The notes beneath the pieces are model-generated. The model saw only the letters and a list, made by a program, of their open reading frames with translations. It was not told the origin of the DNA and did not search any database. The translations under genes and the position numbers were made by a program. From positions 1-10,190 of the forward strand of contig JBGGMJ010000171.1 in assembly GCA_041288095.1 (NCBI GenBank): 10,190 nt of DNA, in the 5' to 3' direction. Positions 7,301 to 10,190 of the stretch are shown piece after piece (the stretch's first letter is position 1; every line of letters begins with the position of its first letter). This stretch comes from Myxococcota bacterium. GTDB lineage: Bacteria; Myxococcota; XYA12-FULL-58-9; JALHOP01.

Positions 7301-7707
7301 CCGTCGTCGCCGGGCGCGGTCAAGGCCGAGCCTTCGCCGCCCCACAAGGCGATGAGCCCATCGGCGCGCGCGCAAACCTCATCGAGAGTGACGCGGCTCC
7401 GACCTTTCACGCACCGCAGGCGCCCGGTCGAGATGAGCTGACACAAATTGGCGTAGCCCTTGCGATGCATTGCCAGGAGCACGAGATGCCGGCCGCAGCC
7501 GAGGGTGACTTGCGAGCCGATGATGAGCTGGATGCCGACGTCACGCGCGCGGCTATGGGCACGCACGACGCCGTAGACCCCGTCGATGTCGGTGACGGCG
7601 ATGGCGGACAACCCGAGGAGCTGCGCCGCGGACACCATCTCGTCCGGGTGACTCGCGGCTTGGAGAAACGAATAGTTGGTCTTGCTCCAGAGCGCCGCGT
7701 AGCTCAT
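4324..7707 (-). CDS. dnaE2: Error-prone DNA polymerase DnaE2 / ImuC (1127 aa)
   Basis: C-family polymerase motifs [23 protein letters not shown] and [10 protein letters not shown]-fold RQRPGTAKG, and the diagnostic C-terminal SRDFH. The start ATG at 7707 overlaps the imuB stop (ATGA). Confidence 0.97.
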   Translation of the reverse strand: MSYAALWSKTNYSFLQAASHPDEMVSAAQLLGLSAIAVTDIDGVYGVVRAHSRARDVGIQLIIGSQVTLGCGRHLVLLAMHRKGYANLCQLISTGRLRCVKGRSRVTLDEVCARADGLIALWGGEGSALTAPGDDGLDESAGKLREAFGDRLCALMTRHREAADVPREERLKARAKRYGLELVAGYEALYHTMARRPLHDVLTCIRHGVTLATAGTLIRANAEHSLMSATSMRLLYQDDPSAVERTNYIAARCSFDLRELRYRYPSEALPDGTTSKDRLRDLCLEGVARRYPPGFDVDRAKVQAQIAKELSVIEDLDYCGYFLSMHDIVEYCGKNEILCQGRGSAANSIVCYLLGITAVDPIKHDLLFERFISRERAEAPDIDLDIAHGRREEVIQHVYAKYGRTHAAMVANIIRYRARSAVRDVGKVLGIPETALDRIAKLLSYHGDFASSVLDLVQLDPSLPAYRQLIELVTEIEDFPRHLSIHPGGFLLGHEPVADIVPVENGTMEDRTVVQWDKDDMEELGLFKVDLLGLGALTQLDLIFRMLEEHEGVRLSMATIPADDAPTYAMICKGDTVGVFQIESRAQMSMLPRLKPRVLYDLVIQVSIVRPGPITGGMVHPYLRRRSGLEPIDYPHPVLKPVLEKTLGIPLFQEQVMRIAVDAADYTPGEADQLRRDMAAWRRTGQIEKHRDRIRSAMLAKGITDEFAERVFNQIRGFGSYGFPESHAASFALISYAASYLKCHYPAAFACGLLNAQPMGFYSPATIIEEAKRSGVVILPIDVMVSEWDCTLERTTTSDSRTPLALRMGLRYVRGMSEAQGKHLTSARDREPFASLADFVGRTASGESKRAARAKKKKLLEPETSLPAREDGRIEADDDHATVWQTRASNQDELRLPPSAAAAVLTPEYAYADATVAASPIPDAPAKTPVTPEPLDIEILTRLAEAGALDPLSSSRRQAIWDVRGFAQTRTLPLPLVHQGETPVFAQLTQPSLVTWDYQSSSHSARGYPLEGIRDALRAHGLPNAAEVRRKKDGDRVRYAGLVICRQRPGTAKGVVFMTLEDETGFVNVVLWEKVFQRYPLLAKTEMFLGVSGRIQSQDDVVHLVASKLWIPPIEAPREEVASRDFH

Positions 7708-9209
7708 TCGACCCGTCCCTGAGCGAACCACTGCCGCCGGCCGAGGTCGAAGTAGACCCACAAGAGCTCTTGGTTCTGCAGCTCGAGGAAATAATAGTGA
7801 CGTTGCACCTCGCGCCGCCACCAACCACCCGAGACCACGAACGGGCCCTGCATGCTCGTGACTGCTCCAGCGGACGTGCCGAGCGGCTGCCAGCCGTCGT
7901 TACGCAGGGCGCGTGGGGGTCCTGAAAGCGGCGCCACCCGTGGAAAGAAGCGCCGCACGAGCGGACGCTGTCTTGCTTCGCTAGCCACCACTGGTAAATC
8001 GATCGAAAGCGTCGGCTCCCAGGTAAACTGCGCCTCGGGGAGATGCGCCGGCTTTTGCGCCGCCCGTACCACCGCGTCTTCACCGAGCTCGGCGCGCAGC
8101 CGCGCCAAGGCCCGCCCGGCGGCAGCCACGTCTCGTCCGGTGGACTCGAAAAGCCCGAGCTGGTCGCTGGTCGCGGGCACCGACTCGGCGGTGAGCACGA
8201 CGTCGGTGACCCCGGCCGGTAGATTCAAGGCCTCGAGCTTCAAGTGCGTGAGCTCGACGATCTGCACGACGTCGAGAGTCGGCGCCGCCGGGCTCACTTT
8301 GCAGTCGATGGGCTCGTGCCGCCGTCCTAGCTTGAGACACAGCGAGACGCACGCCAACGCCTCGCCGCGGCTTGCTAGTGTCCGCAGAAGCGGATGAAGA
8401 CCGCTCTTGATGGCGAAGCTGAGCCGCTCGAGATCGCTCTCGGGATCATCGAAGACCAAGGTTTCGGTCGCGGGCTCGCGGTAGGGTGTTTGCATGAGCC
8501 GCGAGGCCCGCACCTGCGCCGCGTTCTGATGCAGGCGAAACGCCTCGAGACCGAAGCGCTCGCGCACCCCCGCCGCCGGTAGGCGCACGAAGTCGCTCAA
8601 GGTGACGACGCCGAGCTTCTCCAAGGTGTCGCAAGTCGCCGGATTCAACGCCATGTCTCGCAGGCTGATGGTGTGCGCGACAGTGGACTCATCGGCGGCG
8701 TTTTCGAAGATCACCACGGTCGGGGAACGGCCGCTCAGGGCACGGCTCTTGGCCACCGAACAAACGCACATGCGATCGAAGCCGACCGCCACCGCTGCTT
8801 CTAGGTCACGCGTCACAGCCTGATGCACGGCGCGCCCCCATGCCTCGAGCGAGTCGTAGAGATGATGCAGCCCCGACGCGTCGAGCCAGAAGATGCCGGG
8901 CTCGCTGCTCGAAGCTTCGACCATCGGGCTGAAGGTGCGCAGCAACGTGTGCACTGCCTCGACGCTCGTGGCGATGCGGCTATCGGCGATGATGCCGGCG
9001 CGCAGCTCGGTGCATAGCGACAAGGCGACTGCATAGCGCATGCCCAAGTGAATGCCGGCGCGCCTTGCCTCGCGGCTCGCCCACATGACGACGCCGCGTG
9101 GTGAATCGTCGTCGACGACGACGACGGGCTCCTTACGCCACGCCGGATTGTCGCGGAGCAAGAGCTGCAGCGGCAGCTCGGGGACGCTAACGCAAGCCAA
9201 GCGGTCCAC
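7704..9209 (-). CDS. imuB: ImuB, catalytically inactive Y-family polymerase homolog (501 aa)
   Basis: GTG at 9209 with GAGGA 5 nt upstream. The Y-family N-terminus ([15 protein letters not shown]) lacks the catalytic SIDE motif ([10 protein letters not shown] instead). Clamp motif QLGLF at 8162-8148; C-terminal [10 protein letters not shown]...RHYY...WVY domain. Confidence 0.92.
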   Translation of the reverse strand: MDRLACVSVPELPLQLLLRDNPAWRKEPVVVVDDDSPRGVVMWASREARRAGIHLGMRYAVALSLCTELRAGIIADSRIATSVEAVHTLLRTFSPMVEASSSEPGIFWLDASGLHHLYDSLEAWGRAVHQAVTRDLEAAVAVGFDRMCVCSVAKSRALSGRSPTVVIFENAADESTVAHTISLRDMALNPATCDTLEKLGVVTLSDFVRLPAAGVRERFGLEAFRLHQNAAQVRASRLMQTPYREPATETLVFDDPESDLERLSFAIKSGLHPLLRTLASRGEALACVSLCLKLGRRHEPIDCKVSPAAPTLDVVQIVELTHLKLEALNLPAGVTDVVLTAESVPATSDQLGLFESTGRDVAAAGRALARLRAELGEDAVVRAAQKPAHLPEAQFTWEPTLSIDLPVVASEARQRPLVRRFFPRVAPLSGPPRALRNDGWQPLGTSAGAVTSMQGPFVVSGGWWRREVQRHYYFLELQNQELLWVYFDLGRRQWFAQGRVE

Positions 9210-9774
9210 GGCATTCCTCGTGATGCGCCCACCCGGGGCCGTGACGTTTGTCTTTGAGCATGAGCAGCGTCGTGGCGGTGCGCTCGCGTTTGGCTTCGGC
9301 GCGTAGCGACACGAGCGAGCCCAACGAGTCGTTGCTCGCCGGCTTTTCGGTGAGACAGGCGACGATGCTGCGATGTTTTTGCGCGAGGCTCGCGAGTCGC
9401 GATTGCGCCGCCAGCGACAAGTGCGCGACCGCATCGCCGATGTCGATGACCACGATGCCGAAGGCACCGCTGCGCAACAGCCGATCGGCCGAGCGAACCG
9501 CGAGATGGACCTCGCGCACCCGCACCACCGCGAGCGCTGCTAAATCGACGCCGCTATCGGCGAGGTCGGGAGGAAAGAAGAGACGGTGCGGCGGCCCAAT
9601 CCACGCCGCCGGCGCGCCATCACGTTGCGCCGCCAGTATCAGCCCAACCGCGGTGGTGAGGACGCTCGAGCCGACATGGCTCGACAGCTCGATGAGGCGT
9701 CCGGCGAGCTGATCGAAGGCAAAACGGACTTCCTGAGGCGCTTCGACGCGAGCTCGAGTCTCTTGGAAAGTCAT
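9187..9774 (-). CDS. imuA: ImuA-like RecA-fold protein
   Basis: RecA-like segments GRLIEL, DLADSGVDLAAL and ADRLLRSGAFGIVVID. The Walker A is degenerate (SSHVGSSVLT, no Lys). It is the first gene before imuB and dnaE2. Confidence 0.88.
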   Translation of the reverse strand: MTFQETRARVEAPQEVRFAFDQLAGRLIELSSHVGSSVLTTAVGLILAAQRDGAPAAWIGPPHRLFFPPDLADSGVDLAALAVVRVREVHLAVRSADRLLRSGAFGIVVIDIGDAVAHLSLAAQSRLASLAQKHRSIVACLTEKPASNDSLGSLVSLRAEAKRERTATTLLMLKDKRHGPGWAHHEECRGPLGLR

Positions 9775-9803
9775 GCTGCAACGCCCCGCTAAGCCTACGC
9801 ATT

Positions 9804-9832
9804 AGGATACGGAACAGATGTTCAGGTGTCAA
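9804..9832 (-). promoter_or_regulatory. sigma70 promoter of the imuA-imuB-dnaE2 operon (TTGACA-N17-TATCCT)
   Basis: Perfect -35 at 9832-9827, -10 at 9809-9804, 17-nt spacer. Confidence 0.8.
9809..9825 (-). promoter_or_regulatory. LexA (SOS) box in the promoter spacer
   Basis: Minus strand CTGAACATCTGTTCCGT has the core GAAC-N4-GTTC (9812-9823). It matches 15/17 positions of the Myxococcus xanthus LexA consensus as I recall it (CTRHAMRYBYGTTCAGS). Confidence 0.8.
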
Positions 9833-9874
9833 AGGAGATCGACTGGTCTCGCAACCTCGGTTAAAGAGCCGCCC

Positions 9875-10190
9875 ATGAAACTCGACTCCTGCAAGCTCAT
9901 CGTCACTGGCGCCGCCCGCGGTATGGGCGCTTACTTCGCAACCCAGCTCGCCAACGCCGGCGCCCAGGTCGCCGCCGGCGACGTCGACGAGGCGGGGCTG
10001 AAGGCGCTCGCCGAGGCCACCAAAAACGCCAAGGGTCGGGTCCACGTACGCAAGCTCGACGTCTCGCGTGAGGACGATGTCGCGAGCTTCGTCACCTTTG
10101 CGCGCGAGGCGATGGGTGGCTTGAACGGCCTGGTCAACAACGCCGGCATCCTGCGCGACGGCCTGCTCGTGAAGAAGGATCGCACGACCG
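9875..10190 (+). CDS. Short-chain dehydrogenase/reductase (FabG-like), 5' part only
   Basis: Not in the ORF track. ATG at 9875 gives MKLDSCKLIVTGAARGMG...GDVD...LDVS...LVNNAGILRDGLLVKKDR, with the TGxxxGxG and NNAG motifs. Confidence 0.93.
   Translation, partial: MKLDSCKLIVTGAARGMGAYFATQLANAGAQVAAGDVDEAGLKALAEATKNAKGRVHVRKLDVSREDDVASFVTFAREAMGGLNGLVNNAGILRDGLLVKKDRTT

Noticed and set aside
7600..7707. Loss of PHP metal-ligand histidines in DnaE2 (ALWSKT) as a novelty
   Set aside because: Degenerate PHP sites are common in DnaE2 proteins.
7708..7824. 39-aa N-terminal extension of DnaE2 in the ORF track
   Set aside because: It overlaps the conserved ImuB C-terminus. The ATG at 7707 gives the usual N-terminus and an ATGA overlap.
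9210..9467. N-terminal extension of ImuB in the ORF track
   Set aside because: It lies inside imuA and reads like off-frame sequence. GTG 9209 has a Shine-Dalgarno.
9187..9774. Functional recA or a recA pseudogene
   Set aside because: Short length, a degenerate Walker A and its position before imuB are normal for ImuA-type proteins.

Overview
GC-rich bacterial chromosomal window, probably Myxococcota/deltaproteobacterial (inferred mainly from the LexA-box type). The left end holds the 5' part of a lipoprotein gene (minus strand). On the plus strand follow a double hot-dog MaoC-type dehydratase, a hypothetical protein and two coupled small basic genes, the first being a coiled-coil plus AT-hook nucleoid-protein candidate. 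A long minus-strand run follows: imuA-imuB-dnaE2 (SOS mutasome, with a LexA box inside a near-consensus sigma70 promoter), four 33-bp tandem repeats, then bfd, bfr and rsgA. A divergent SDR gene begins at the right end. The most unusual points are four. (1) The repeats fold fully only as minus-strand RNA and are complementary over 13 nt to the bfd ribosome-binding region. (2) GC-shifted Fur-like boxes flank bfd. (3) rsgA probably starts at a CTG overlapping the bfr stop codon. (4) DnaE2 carries an insertion of about 90 aa. All calls come from reading the sequence; no database search was run.
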